From positions 1 through 53,388 of the IMG/VR virus record IMGVR_UViG_3300015245_000011: a stretch of DNA of 53,388 bases. One strand, 5' to 3'. Positions 36,306-45,479 of this stretch are shown one piece after another. The translations under genes and the position numbers were made by a program. How positions within the stretch are numbered: the stretch's first letter is position 1; each line of letters opens with the position of its first letter. Source of the DNA: a virus. Lineage: Duplodnaviria > Caudoviricetes. The notes under the pieces were generated by a model. That model worked only from the letters and a program-made list of their open reading frames with translations, made no database searches and had not been told where the DNA came from.

Positions 36306-38015
36306 TCACCACTCCAGAAACGTTGCAGGTTGTTGCATGCCGTCCAGTGTTTCTCCCAGGGTTGCACCCATAACACGTGAAAGCATCGCCGCATCCCGGT
36401 CATGAATCTCTTCCTGATGCTGTAAGTGTAAAGCATCAAAGGGGAACTGCAGGGCTATCTGCGCGTGCGACGTCTGCGGGATATGGTTCTGAAACCGGCC
36501 CATCAGCGCAATGCCCCAGGCCATGAGCAAATCGTCATGCCCGCTTAACGCTTCAATCGCCCCACTGTCCTTCTCGCCAAACGTCCGGAGCTGCGTGAGG
36601 AGGGCCCGTGAATGAATCAGGGCGGAGCGCTCATCGATCACTTCCCGCATCCTGGCAATCATCTGGGGTTTGGTCCTGGAATTGGTTTCCCACCCATATA
36701 GGACTGGATTATACGCCCGTATTCTATCGTTAGCGCCTTTCCAGCCGCCAATAGACGGGTAGTTATAGGAGTCACGGAGGTAGACAATGAGTTCGCGGCC
36801 GCCGCCCCCGCCACTACTCTGGACTTCTGGAAAGAGGAGGGCCTCATTATACGCCCGACCCAGCATGGCCAGGTCTCTGGCAAACGTATGCGGCGGTGCT
36901 GGCGCTTCGTACTCGGCCACTTGCTCGAGCGTATCCATGTCCACCACTTCTGCGGCACTCCGTGAATGGGATGCATCATCATGCCCCATGGCGCTATCAG
37001 CCCCAATTACATACTCGTGCCCAGGAGAGGGAGGTTTGAAGATCACAAATCTTCCCTCTGTATCGTCTTGAAAACGCACGTGTTCTCGTACTTCAAGAAG
37101 TTTGCCACGGCGCCCCCGTTCAACCCAGGGCTCCAGCCACAGCAGGTCCCTGGCGGAGAAATAGGGCGTTCCTGACATAATGAACGCCATCTCGGGGGTC
37201 GCCGGGTACTCCTGGTTAAATTTCTCGGGATCGTCCTGACACTCGTCCACAATGACACGCCGCCGCCAGCGTAACTGTCCCCAGGTGAGTCCCAGGTCTT
37301 TTTTGAGCTGCGCCTCATCACTCTCCATATCGTCGAGCGGCTTGTTATTCAAAGACGTATACTGCGGAAAGGTATGCCACGGCAGGAAGATCGGCACAAA
37401 GGACCCCTCGCCCTTGACTGCCTTGAGCCATTCTTCGTAAAACAGTGCCCCGTCATCGACCATGCCGTTGGCCGTGGACTCAATAAACGCCGCGCTAAAG
37501 ACATCTTCTTCCCGTGGCAAACACTGGAGAATGGCCAGCATGGCCAACGGATCTTTCCAGAACGCGACTTCGGAGAGATGGCAGGCGGTCAGATCGCTGC
37601 CGCGTGTGGCATTGGGGCTTCCGGCCGTCGCCAGTTCCATCGTCGAATGGCGAAACTGAATCTTGTGCCCGGTAATAGTGCCAATAGCCTTGAGCGGCGA
37701 GGCTTCTACAAAGCGTTTGGACATATCCCAGATACGCTCGGTCGGCTTGGCCTCATGCGCGACGACCATGACCTGCGAATAATCCTGCATGACACAGAGG
37801 CAGGTGAGAAAGTTCTCAATCCAGGAGGACATCCCCAACCGGCGCGCTTTGAGGACAATGCGGCGAATCGGGCGGCCGGCGTCGAGGTCCGGCGCAATCG
37901 AGCGGTGGATATAGTCTTGCGCCTGGTTAAACCGCATCGGCACAATCGCGCGCCGGGGCGTCCGGACCGGGAGACGTTCCATGAGGCGGCGGTAGACCTG
38001 GCTAGGGAGCGGCAT
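36306..38015 (-). CDS. terL: terminase large subunit
   Basis: IVLKARRLGMSS (Walker A), HLSEVAFW (Walker B), ESTANG, IGADSA, HDDLLMA. Confidence 0.93.
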   Translation of the reverse strand: MPLPSQVYRRLMERLPVRTPRRAIVPMRFNQAQDYIHRSIAPDLDAGRPIRRIVLKARRLGMSSWIENFLTCLCVMQDYSQVMVVAHEAKPTERIWDMSKRFVEASPLKAIGTITGHKIQFRHSTMELATAGSPNATRGSDLTACHLSEVAFWKDPLAMLAILQCLPREEDVFSAAFIESTANGMVDDGALFYEEWLKAVKGEGSFVPIFLPWHTFPQYTSLNNKPLDDMESDEAQLKKDLGLTWGQLRWRRRVIVDECQDDPEKFNQEYPATPEMAFIMSGTPYFSARDLLWLEPWVERGRRGKLLEVREHVRFQDDTEGRFVIFKPPSPGHEYVIGADSAMGHDDASHSRSAAEVVDMDTLEQVAEYEAPAPPHTFARDLAMLGRAYNEALLFPEVQSSGGGGGRELIVYLRDSYNYPSIGGWKGANDRIRAYNPVLYGWETNSRTKPQMIARMREVIDERSALIHSRALLTQLRTFGEKDSGAIEALSGHDDLLMAWGIALMGRFQNHIPQTSHAQIALQFPFDALHLQHQEEIHDRDAAMLSRVMGATLGETLDGMQQPATFLEW

Positions 38016-38280
38016 AACTCACCATGGTTTCCGGGAGTCCCGCCACGGCGGCGTGCAGCTGCGCCGCCAGTCGTGCCTCGGTTGGCCAACTGAGCACGTG
38101 CACATGGCCATAGGTAAGCCTGGCAATCTGCTCGGCCTGCTCTACATACTGATAGTCGGGATTGGCGCGCACCGCCTGGCGCCACACGTCAAACGCCTCG
38201 TGGTCACGGGCAATGCACCAGAAAGAAAACACTGGTTCCCAGGGGAAAGGGTCGCGGAGTCGCCAGCGAGGCAGCGGCAT
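38002..38280 (-). CDS. hypothetical protein
   Basis: Overlaps the terL start. Confidence 0.5.
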   Translation of the reverse strand: MPLPRWRLRDPFPWEPVFSFWCIARDHEAFDVWRQAVRANPDYQYVEQAEQIARLTYGHVHVLSWPTEARLAAQLHAAVAGLPETMVSYAAP

Positions 38281-38308
38281 GGCTTAGGAACGTACGGAGG
38301 AGGGAAGG

Positions 38309-38563
38309 TTAGCTACAGGAGACCCGGTCGTACTCATGATACGCTACTCCAGGAAAGGCCTGCGCATTGAGCGCGGTCAGCACCGCCTGCTCCTGCGCCC
38401 GCAGCGCCGCCGTGGCGATGTCCAGTGCGTCACATGCCACCACCAGCGCATGGCGCCATTCCTCGTCGGTCATGGTCCCATAGCGCAGACGCCAGCGCAG
38501 ATGCGCCGTCCACACGTCTTGCGGCTGCCAGCTCAGGATATCGGTCATGGTTTTAACTGCCAT
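38309..38563 (-). CDS. hypothetical protein
   Basis: Operon packing. Confidence 0.5.
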   Translation of the reverse strand: MAVKTMTDILSWQPQDVWTAHLRWRLRYGTMTDEEWRHALVVACDALDIATAALRAQEQAVLTALNAQAFPGVAYHEYDRVSCS

Positions 38564-39290
38564 AACGCGTCCCCCGCGTCTGGGCGTCGAGCACCGCCCG
38601 CTCAATCTCCGCACTGCGCTGGTCACTCAGCACAAACGTGCCCAAGAATTCGGGCTGAGGTTCGTCCTGGCCTGCCTGCCCCGCGTCTTCGAGCCTGGAG
38701 AGCCGGGTGTCAAACGTCAGCAGCGTGTCGGCCACTCTGGCGACCAGGCGCTCGAGCGCTTGCACCTGCCGTGTTTCTGGTGCCACCCGGCGGCCTTCCA
38801 CCGGACGCCGCAGCGTCTGCGCCTCAGCCTGCACCTGCGCTACCGTTTGCGACAGCGTTGCCAGTGTGCTGAGTGCCTGCGGAATCATCTCCGCAAACGG
38901 CACCTCGAGATGATTCTGGCGATAGTACTCCGCCAGCGGCTGCATCATCTGCTGCACGCCAGTCACAAACGTCTGGCGCTGGTCTTCAAGACGGCTGGTG
39001 AGTTGCCCCACCCGCTCCCGCAGCACCTGTACTTCCGCCTGCAGGGCCGATTCGGCTTCGAGCGAGCGGCGCAATGTCGCTGCCTGGTGCGCCGGCTCAG
39101 CCTGCCTGACGTGCCCACCACCCTCCAGCTCCGGCGCCGTGAGCTCCACCGGCCACGGCTGGCTTTGCGGCTGCACGGGGACACCGTATCCACAGTCGAC
39201 ACAGTACTGTCTTCCACTGTGCCACACCGCCTTGCAGTGCGGACACGTCCAGGGTTGCATCGCCAGGGGACCGTTGACGTCAGCCATCAT
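38553..39290 (-). CDS. Zn-ribbon plus coiled-coil protein
   Basis: CPHC...CVDC followed by heptad repeats. Confidence 0.6.
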   Translation of the reverse strand: MMADVNGPLAMQPWTCPHCKAVWHSGRQYCVDCGYGVPVQPQSQPWPVELTAPELEGGGHVRQAEPAHQAATLRRSLEAESALQAEVQVLRERVGQLTSRLEDQRQTFVTGVQQMMQPLAEYYRQNHLEVPFAEMIPQALSTLATLSQTVAQVQAEAQTLRRPVEGRRVAPETRQVQALERLVARVADTLLTFDTRLSRLEDAGQAGQDEPQPEFLGTFVLSDQRSAEIERAVLDAQTRGTRYGS

Positions 39291-39459
39291 GCGTCTCCAC
39301 CGGTAGCGCCGCGAGCCGCGCCTCGGCCTCGTCCCTGGTCATGCCCTGCTCCATGAGCCAGGCCACCAACACCCCAGCCCCCACCCAGGCGCCCGCCACC
39401 GCTTCAGCGCCTTTCGCGCACGCCTCATACTGCGCGTTTAAGACGTCAGTCCTGTCCAT
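39280..39459 (-). CDS. hypothetical protein
   Basis: SD AGGAGG; operon packing. Confidence 0.5.
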   Translation of the reverse strand: MDRTDVLNAQYEACAKGAEAVAGAWVGAGVLVAWLMEQGMTRDEAEARLAALPVETHDG

Positions 39460-39817
39460 CCGTCCCCTCCTGCGCGTCACTGCCCCCGACCCAAATCTCC
39501 GCCATGAGCCCCTGAAACTCCTCTAACCGCCGCGCTTCCTCTTCCCCACCACCACGGCGAGACGCCAGTCTGATTTTCAGGACCGTCTCCGCCGCCCGGC
39601 TAATCATCCCCATCGTCGATAAGGGCGACTGGTACTGGGTAAAGGACCCCCATTGGCGAGCAATCAGGCGCGGAATCTCCTGCCATACCCGCTCTGACGC
39701 TATATCCTGGGCGTCGTCTAACAGGGTGAGAAGGGCCGACCCAAACGGATCGGACGGTATGGCCGGAGGCGGGGAGGCGTGCGACTGCGAACGCTGCTGG
39801 GCATAGGATACCGGCAT
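39446..39817 (-). CDS. hypothetical protein (terminase small subunit candidate)
   Basis: Small helical protein upstream of terL; function inferred from position only. Confidence 0.35.
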   Translation of the reverse strand: MPVSYAQQRSQSHASPPPAIPSDPFGSALLTLLDDAQDIASERVWQEIPRLIARQWGSFTQYQSPLSTMGMISRAAETVLKIRLASRRGGGEEEARRLEEFQGLMAEIWVGGSDAQEGTDGQD

Positions 39818-39822
39818 GGGCC

Positions 39823-40152
39823 TTACTCCCCTCGCTTCCACGCCTGTGCTTCTAACGCCGCCGCCGATACCTCACGCGGCGCTTGCAGCCGAAGCCGGCC
39901 ATGCGCATCTGTGACTAACACCTCGCCACAGTACCAACACACCGATTCGTCCCCAGGGCGGGGAGGACCCTGCGAACCCTCGCCAGGCAGTACCACCTCC
40001 CGCGCTGCATCTAACACATAGCCACAGGACGGACACAACTGCGCAGGCACCAGAAACACACCGCCAGGGGCCTTCGACACGCAAATGCCCTCCAGGGTGA
40101 CAAGGGCGATACAAACCAGCAAGGGGAGGAACGCTCTATGGATCAAGGGCAT
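39823..40152 (-). CDS. Zn-ribbon protein (start uncertain)
   Basis: CPSC...PRPGDESVCWYCG. Confidence 0.55.
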   Translation of the reverse strand: MPLIHRAFLPLLVCIALVTLEGICVSKAPGGVFLVPAQLCPSCGYVLDAAREVVLPGEGSQGPPRPGDESVCWYCGEVLVTDAHGRLRLQAPREVSAAALEAQAWKRGE

Positions 40153-40291
40153 AGGAGATACCCTGTAGGTGACTGGGTAATAATTTAAAAAGGACTATGG
40201 GGTGATGGGGACCTGGGGGTGGTGGGGCTAGGGGGCGTTTGCGTCTCTATTTCTGCGACCCCCTGCTTGCCCGTGCCTCCCCCGCCGTCCC

Positions 40292-40744
40292 TCAGCCCTG
40301 CGTCTGTGGCCCATTATCCCACGTCTGGGCGAGGTGTGCAAGCTCAGCTTCCGCATCCCAGTTCTTTTGCGCAATCCGCGCCTTCCACGGCCGCCCGCGC
40401 CAGCACAGGTGGGGCGAGAGCCTCCACCTGAGCGGCACTCCCCCAGCATCATACTCCAGCCGCACCAGGTCATGACTCAGCAACAGCTGCCAGGCCCGCC
40501 GCGTCACGCCATACGACATCCCCGTCCGCCGTGCCCCCTCCGCCATCGAGTAGTACACATAGTTCGCCGGCTCCATCGTCCCTGCGAGTGCCCAGAACAG
40601 GCGCCAGGACGGCGGCGTCATCCACAGCGCGCCGCCTAACTCTGTCATCGCCCGCTGAAAGACACAGATCGTGCCCTCCTCCGCGAGCAGACGTTTGCCC
40701 TGGCGTGTCAGATCATCAATCCCTGATCCATGGTCCGTTTCCAC
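40292..40744 (-). CDS. RepL-like winged-helix protein, copy 2 (start uncertain)
   Basis: HTH SMAEGARRTGMSYGVTRRAWQLL followed by WRLSPHLCWRG, resembling the RepL YRLNPxxxWKG motif. Confidence 0.55.
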   Translation of the reverse strand: METDHGSGIDDLTRQGKRLLAEEGTICVFQRAMTELGGALWMTPPSWRLFWALAGTMEPANYVYYSMAEGARRTGMSYGVTRRAWQLLLSHDLVRLEYDAGGVPLRWRLSPHLCWRGRPWKARIAQKNWDAEAELAHLAQTWDNGPQTQG

Positions 40745-41076
40745 ATGAGATCCGCCGTGTCGCCCATGTGTGCGAGGTTTGCGTTGAAGCGATACCGCCA
40801 CTGGTTTCCTTTCGGGGCATGCTCCCGTACCAACACGCCAGCAATGAGGAGATGCCCAAGATTGCGCGAGAGTTGCGCTTCGGAGATGTATGCCTTCGCG
40901 GCAAGCTGCTTTTGACTATACTGTATAAAACCTCCGTAAATCATCCCACCCATGCACACCGCCATGACGCGCCAGTCGGATGCCGTCAGCCCTACATTCC
41001 CCCCGAGTTGCTCCATCACTGCCTTGAACACCTGGACAAACAACTCATGCTCGCGTAGCTTCCGCCTGGAGGGCAT
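40708..41076 (-). CDS. RepL-like winged-helix protein, copy 1
   Basis: SQKQLAAKAYISEAQLSRNLGHLL...YRFNANLAHMG. Confidence 0.6.
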   Translation of the reverse strand: MPSRRKLREHELFVQVFKAVMEQLGGNVGLTASDWRVMAVCMGGMIYGGFIQYSQKQLAAKAYISEAQLSRNLGHLLIAGVLVREHAPKGNQWRYRFNANLAHMGDTADLMWKRTMDQGLMI

Positions 41077-41860
41077 GTCCAACCGCCTTTCTTGTGGCAT
41101 AACCCTTGCATGCAATATACACACATTGCATAGCTGATGCAATAGACCATTGCGCAGACTATGCAATGTAACCCCTGATGTCAAGCAGTAAAATAGCGGG
41201 TGTCAGAGAGCCTCTTCTATGATCTTTTATCTTAGGGAAGGGACCAGCTTATTGCTGGTAGGCCATTTTCCTCGCTTTCCTCGCATTTTCCCAGTTTTGC
41301 GGCCCCACACCAACAAATGGAACATTAAGACCTAAAAAACAGCTGAACAGCCGAGAGAAGAGTGAATTTGTCCCCTTTCCCAAGTCTTACAGTAAGATCC
41401 AAAGACTTTTTTTGTCCTCGACTGGGTGGGTGAAACAAAGACACCCGAAGAAAAAGAAGGGTGGGGGGACTGATCCCCCCAGACCCCCCTAATGTCGCTA
41501 ACGCTCCGTAAGGTAAAAAAACACTCTTTCTTTACCGTCGCGGCACCATCGCGACGGAACGCGTTCGTCCGCGAACGTCGTTCATTCCGAACTGGAGCGC
41601 GCGACAAAGTCGTAGCGCGGAGCCGGCAGAGGGACGACACGCACAGTCGCGGTGGTTTAGGCGTTGTCGCGCTTCAGACGTGGCGAGGCGAAGATCTGAG
41701 ACGCGCTCGTTGGCGCGCACCACGGGCCATCCGCCACGAAGAAAACCCGTGGAGCGACGCAAAAACGATCATTCCTGGTCGAAAGAGCCGCACCAGCAGA
41801 TCCGAACCGCGGAGCGGGTTGCGAGGAGTTGGGGGGCTTTAGCCCTCCAAAGCTCGCAAC

Positions 41861-41892
41861 AAAACCTCTCCGCAGATCCGAGGGGTTTTTCT
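41861..41892 (+). terminator. intrinsic terminator-like hairpin
   Basis: AAAACCTCTC...GAGGGGTTTTTT. Confidence 0.55.
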
Positions 41893-42157
41893 CTCTACTC
41901 TCTATCTCTTCGTACTATGGATGCTGGTGGGCGCGAAACTGTCAATGACTCCAGCCTTAATAGCCCTACGCATGCATGTACATGCGGTTGCATAAAGGGA
42001 CAGGCATGTACATACGGCTACATGTCTAAGTTGGCCTAATGTAACCTTTTCTAGTACATTATCTTTCCTACTAGGATGACCTGTTACATAATAGTTTATA
42101 ATCATATAACCACTATCTTATCAACAACTTGTACTTGCTACCTGCCTGTAAACTGGA

Positions 42158-42186
42158 TTGACGATAGAGCTAGGCGAACGTATATT
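42158..42186 (+). promoter_or_regulatory. near-consensus sigma70 promoter of the early arm
   Basis: TTGACG-17 nt-TATATT. Confidence 0.8.
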
Positions 42187-42192
42187 AAGGGG

Positions 42193-42660
42193 TATTGGAT
42201 ATTGTTACACATAGCCCAGGCAAAGGCGGAACACATCCGTGTGAGGTACACGCCTCTTGGACGTGGCATCGAGGAACTCTCTCAACTCCTTGAGTAAGCC
42301 CATAGTCAGGTATGCAAGAGCAGCCGGCTTCAGAGTCGGAGCGTGCGAAGACGTGAAAATCTCCAGTGGTCCTGATACCTGGAGAGAGCCTTAGACCTTA
42401 TAGGTCAATACTGACCCGACCAGGGACACGCCCAGTGTAGGACACGGCAGGCCTCACCAGAGGCAGTGTGTCGTCTCGTGAGAGATCTGGGCGAGGGGAG
42501 AGCGAAGGGCGTGTTTACCGGTCGATCACTGAGGACGTTTGGAACTATAGAGACAGACGTGACGTGAGTAGGACCACCGAACCGTTGCCGCACGCGCGCA
42601 AGCTCTCCTTATCCTGTCGTAGGGAAATTGGCCCTACTTGAACAAGCGTAACCGCGAAAC
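42193..42660 (+). ncRNA. candidate large structured RNA / early leader
   Basis: No credible ORF; many nested stems, a GNRA loop and a long-range loop pairing. Confidence 0.6.
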
Positions 42661-42672
42661 AGGAGACCCCGT

Positions 42673-42843
42673 ATGACGAACGTCACTGATTGGAGCGACG
42701 CGTTTGACACCGCCTGTGCTGACCAGACGCCTGTCGACTGGTGGGACGATGGTATGCAGGAGCCGTGTGACTGTGACGAGTGTAGACCAGAACAGGATGC
42801 AGTGACCCTGGAGTTTTACCACCACAACGACGATAACACGTAA
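42673..42843 (+). CDS. 56-aa acidic microprotein
   Basis: SD AGGAG; MTNVTDWSDAFDTACADQTPVDWWDDGMQEPCDCDECRPEQ... Confidence 0.6.
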   Translation: MTNVTDWSDAFDTACADQTPVDWWDDGMQEPCDCDECRPEQDAVTLEFYHHNDDNT

Positions 42844-42863
42844 AGCCCTGAAAGGAAGCCCCC

Positions 42864-43070
42864 ATGCCCACGTACCGCATCCGTGAATACTTTCTCTTTG
42901 CTGATACCTATGTGATCGATGCTGAAGACGAAGACAGCGCCGAAGCACTGCTCGCCGCCTACACGTCACAGACGATCCCTCTCACAGGGATAGCCCCGGA
43001 ACGCCTGCACGAAGGCTGTGGCTATAGTGGCCGCGATCTCATGAATGACCACGGTGATATTCTCTACTAA
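42864..43070 (+). CDS. small acidic protein
   Basis: SD AAGGA; YVIDAEDEDSAE. Confidence 0.65.
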   Translation: MPTYRIREYFLFADTYVIDAEDEDSAEALLAAYTSQTIPLTGIAPERLHEGCGYSGRDLMNDHGDILY

Positions 43071-43081
43071 GGAGCCCCCCC

Positions 43082-43480
43082 ATGCCGATACTCGAAACCC
43101 GCACTGGCACCAACCTTCCCGCCTGGACCACCATGCACCTCGACTACACCAGACGCGATGATCGACCGCAAGTCAAGCACTACCGTAACCGCTCTGCGTA
43201 TGACACCACGTTGTATGTCGGCAGAAATAACGGCTCGCCTCTGGGCAATCCCTTTCGGCCCATAGGAGGCGAAGCCGGCAGGCAGACCGCCATCCGGCAG
43301 TATCGCCACTGGTTGTGGAAGCAACTGTGCACCAGGAATGCTGCTGTCCTGGCAGAACTGGACAAGGTGACCGCCGATACCGTTTTGCTGTGCCACTGCG
43401 CTCCCAAAGATTGCCACGCCGACGTGATTAGCAAAGCCTGGAAATGGCTACAACACGCCAGAGCGCACGGCCTGTACTAA
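43082..43480 (+). CDS. DUF4326 family protein
   Basis: YVGR...SPLGNPF...YRHWL...LLCHCAPKDCHADVI. Confidence 0.85.
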   Translation: MPILETRTGTNLPAWTTMHLDYTRRDDRPQVKHYRNRSAYDTTLYVGRNNGSPLGNPFRPIGGEAGRQTAIRQYRHWLWKQLCTRNAAVLAELDKVTADTVLLCHCAPKDCHADVISKAWKWLQHARAHGLY

Positions 43481-43487
43481 CCCGAAC

Positions 43488-43515
43488 AAGGGAGAGAGCC
43501 CCCTCTCTCCCTTTC
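43488..43515 (+). terminator. 11-bp hairpin, terminator-like
   Basis: AAGGGAGAGAG-CCCC-CTCTCTCCCTT directly after the stop codon. Confidence 0.55.
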
Positions 43516-43624
43516 CATCCACGTGATTCTGGGATACTATGATCCTGTATACTAGTTCACAGTGTCAAATGTTTGACAGGTGCCAAAAAAACGGTTCGGA
43601 AACCCCGTGTCTGTGGAGGAACCC

Positions 43625-43810
43625 ATGACCCCGATTCTGCTGCTAGCGGCGTTTTTTCCTGGTGTACTGATGACCATCGTCGGTATTGGCGTCGCGGTTA
43701 TGGCGCTAGGTGCCTGTGTCTCACTGCTCGCGTGGGTGTGCAGCCACCCCGTGCGGTTGCTCGTGTTCGGTGTGCTGTGCGCCATTGGCGTAGCGGCCGT
43801 GATGCCCTAA
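43625..43810 (+). CDS. small two-TM membrane protein
   Basis: SD GGAGG; almost entirely hydrophobic. Confidence 0.6.
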   Translation: MTPILLLAAFFPGVLMTIVGIGVAVMALGACVSLLAWVCSHPVRLLVFGVLCAIGVAAVMP

Positions 43811-43897
43811 AAACGCACAACGGGCCAGCCCCCACCGCAAGGAGACTGGCCCATCTACAACAGAAGCCCCCATGACTTCTTCCAGGAGTATAGTCGC

Positions 43898-44791
43898 ATG
43901 AAAACCGTAACGCAAGTCCGCATCCAGTTCGTTGACGACCATGCCGGAGAGTTTCTCGCCCGCCTGGACGATCGTGTTGCCACCAACCAGTTAGGCCCCC
44001 AGGAAGCCAACGCCTACCGCGCCCGCATGGCACGGGCGCATCTCATCGCCAACGCCGCTGGCATGATGCAGGAAGTCAGCCCGGGCGTGTGGGATGTCTG
44101 GAGTACGGGCAAAGATATGGCGAAAGTCTGGACCGTCGACACCACCTGTAACTGTCCCGATGCGGACGTAAAAAATGGCGGCAAAGCCCCGCAAGGCCAC
44201 TGCAAACACCGCTTAGCCGTGTGGCTCAGGCGCAGTGCCAACAAAGACCTGCACATTCTGGAGGCCCGCATGGAAGGCCTGAAACTCCCGCACACGCATA
44301 CCTACGAATGCGGCCACGACGCCCTCGAGGCGTGTTATGACCACACCTGCACCACCGTACAAGACGACAGTCTATGCGAGACCTGCACCGCCACTGAGCA
44401 CGTGGGCACCCTTGAGGAAGCACAGCAGCGGCGGGAAGACGCCATCTTTGGCCCTGAGGTCCCCCCTGTCGTGTACCCACAAGTCATCCTGGACCAGGGG
44501 GACCCACCAGAGCACCGCTCGACAGACAACGGCTGTGAAGAAGGATGCGAGGCGTGCGCCCTGGACGCTCCGCTTGCCCCACCCGCGCAGTATGAACTAC
44601 CACCTGTGCTGACGTCCAAACTGGCACCCCTACCGGAAGCCCCGGCGTCCCTCAACCTCAAGTTTAAGAAGGGGCAATGCGAGTTCATGGTCACCATGCG
44701 GGCCCACACCGATCAGGAAATTCTCGAGCGGCTGCCCGCGATGCTCAAGGGCTTACGCGATCAGTTAGGCATTACCTTCACTAGCGAGTAA
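43898..44791 (+). CDS. SWIM zinc-finger protein
   Basis: CNCPD...HCKH; further Cys clusters; SD AGGAG. Confidence 0.75.
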   Translation: MKTVTQVRIQFVDDHAGEFLARLDDRVATNQLGPQEANAYRARMARAHLIANAAGMMQEVSPGVWDVWSTGKDMAKVWTVDTTCNCPDADVKNGGKAPQGHCKHRLAVWLRRSANKDLHILEARMEGLKLPHTHTYECGHDALEACYDHTCTTVQDDSLCETCTATEHVGTLEEAQQRREDAIFGPEVPPVVYPQVILDQGDPPEHRSTDNGCEEGCEACALDAPLAPPAQYELPPVLTSKLAPLPEAPASLNLKFKKGQCEFMVTMRAHTDQEILERLPAMLKGLRDQLGITFTSE

Positions 44792-44886
44792 GCGTGCGTG
44801 CCTTGGGACGAGCACCAGGGCAGCCCGATAAAACGGGAGTCGTGGCTTCCACGGCTGGCGTAGCTCTCCCAAGCAAGGAACCCCCC

Positions 44887-45171
44887 ATGTTTCGTTGTCC
44901 AGAGCCCGAGTGCGACGGCACCACGTTTCGCCTCGAAGGCGCCGTAGTGATTGACGTTATCTGTAGCGTTGACGTGATGCCAGACGGCTCTGTCATCTTT
45001 GAGCCGACCTACACTGGCGCTCTCCCTGATGACCCTGACCAGTACGACGACCCCATCACCTGCCTGACATGCCAGACACCCTGCACACAAGGTCAGGCCA
45101 TGGATGCCTACGACGAGTGGTATGACGGGCAGCCCGTCATTGATCCCAAACAGTTACCACTCCTGACCTGA
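44887..45171 (+). CDS. acidic Zn-ribbon protein
   Basis: CPEPEC...CLTC; SD AAGGA. Confidence 0.6.
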   Translation: MFRCPEPECDGTTFRLEGAVVIDVICSVDVMPDGSVIFEPTYTGALPDDPDQYDDPITCLTCQTPCTQGQAMDAYDEWYDGQPVIDPKQLPLLT

Positions 45172-45183
45172 AAGGGAACCCCC

Positions 45184-45381
45184 ATGACCACGTATAAGAT
45201 CGTCCGCCTCTTTGCCAACAGCGGCAAGCGACTGACGCTGCTGACCGGCCTCACACTCCGCGAAGCCCAGCAGTATTGTCGTGACCCTGAGACCTTAAGT
45301 AGTACCGCCACGCGACCGACGCTCGTCCAGCTTACACAGGAGGCGGGCCCGTGGTTTGATGCGTATTACGAAGAAGGATAA
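45184..45381 (+). CDS. small hypothetical phage protein
   Basis: YKIVR...TGLTLREAQQYC.DPET.S...WFDAY. Confidence 0.65.
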   Translation: MTTYKIVRLFANSGKRLTLLTGLTLREAQQYCRDPETLSSTATRPTLVQLTQEAGPWFDAYYEEG

Positions 45382-45479
45382 ACGTGGACGTCGCCCTGCA
45401 GGGTTGCCACAAGCCCTCCTGCAGGGCGACCAGCTCGAACAACGGGCGAGGAACCCGTAGACCTAAAGGATACAAGAGT

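Noticed and set aside
42193-42660. Assignment to RNase P, tmRNA or SRP RNA
   Set aside because: Their conserved signature sequences were not found
42759-42790. Group II intron domain V-like GAGCCGTGTGA
   Set aside because: No complementary 3' arm; lies inside a plausible small ORF
45384-45479. Upstream GTG start for the AAA ATPase
   Set aside because: The segment is a 13-bp inverted repeat; the SD-like AAGGA precedes ATG 45480
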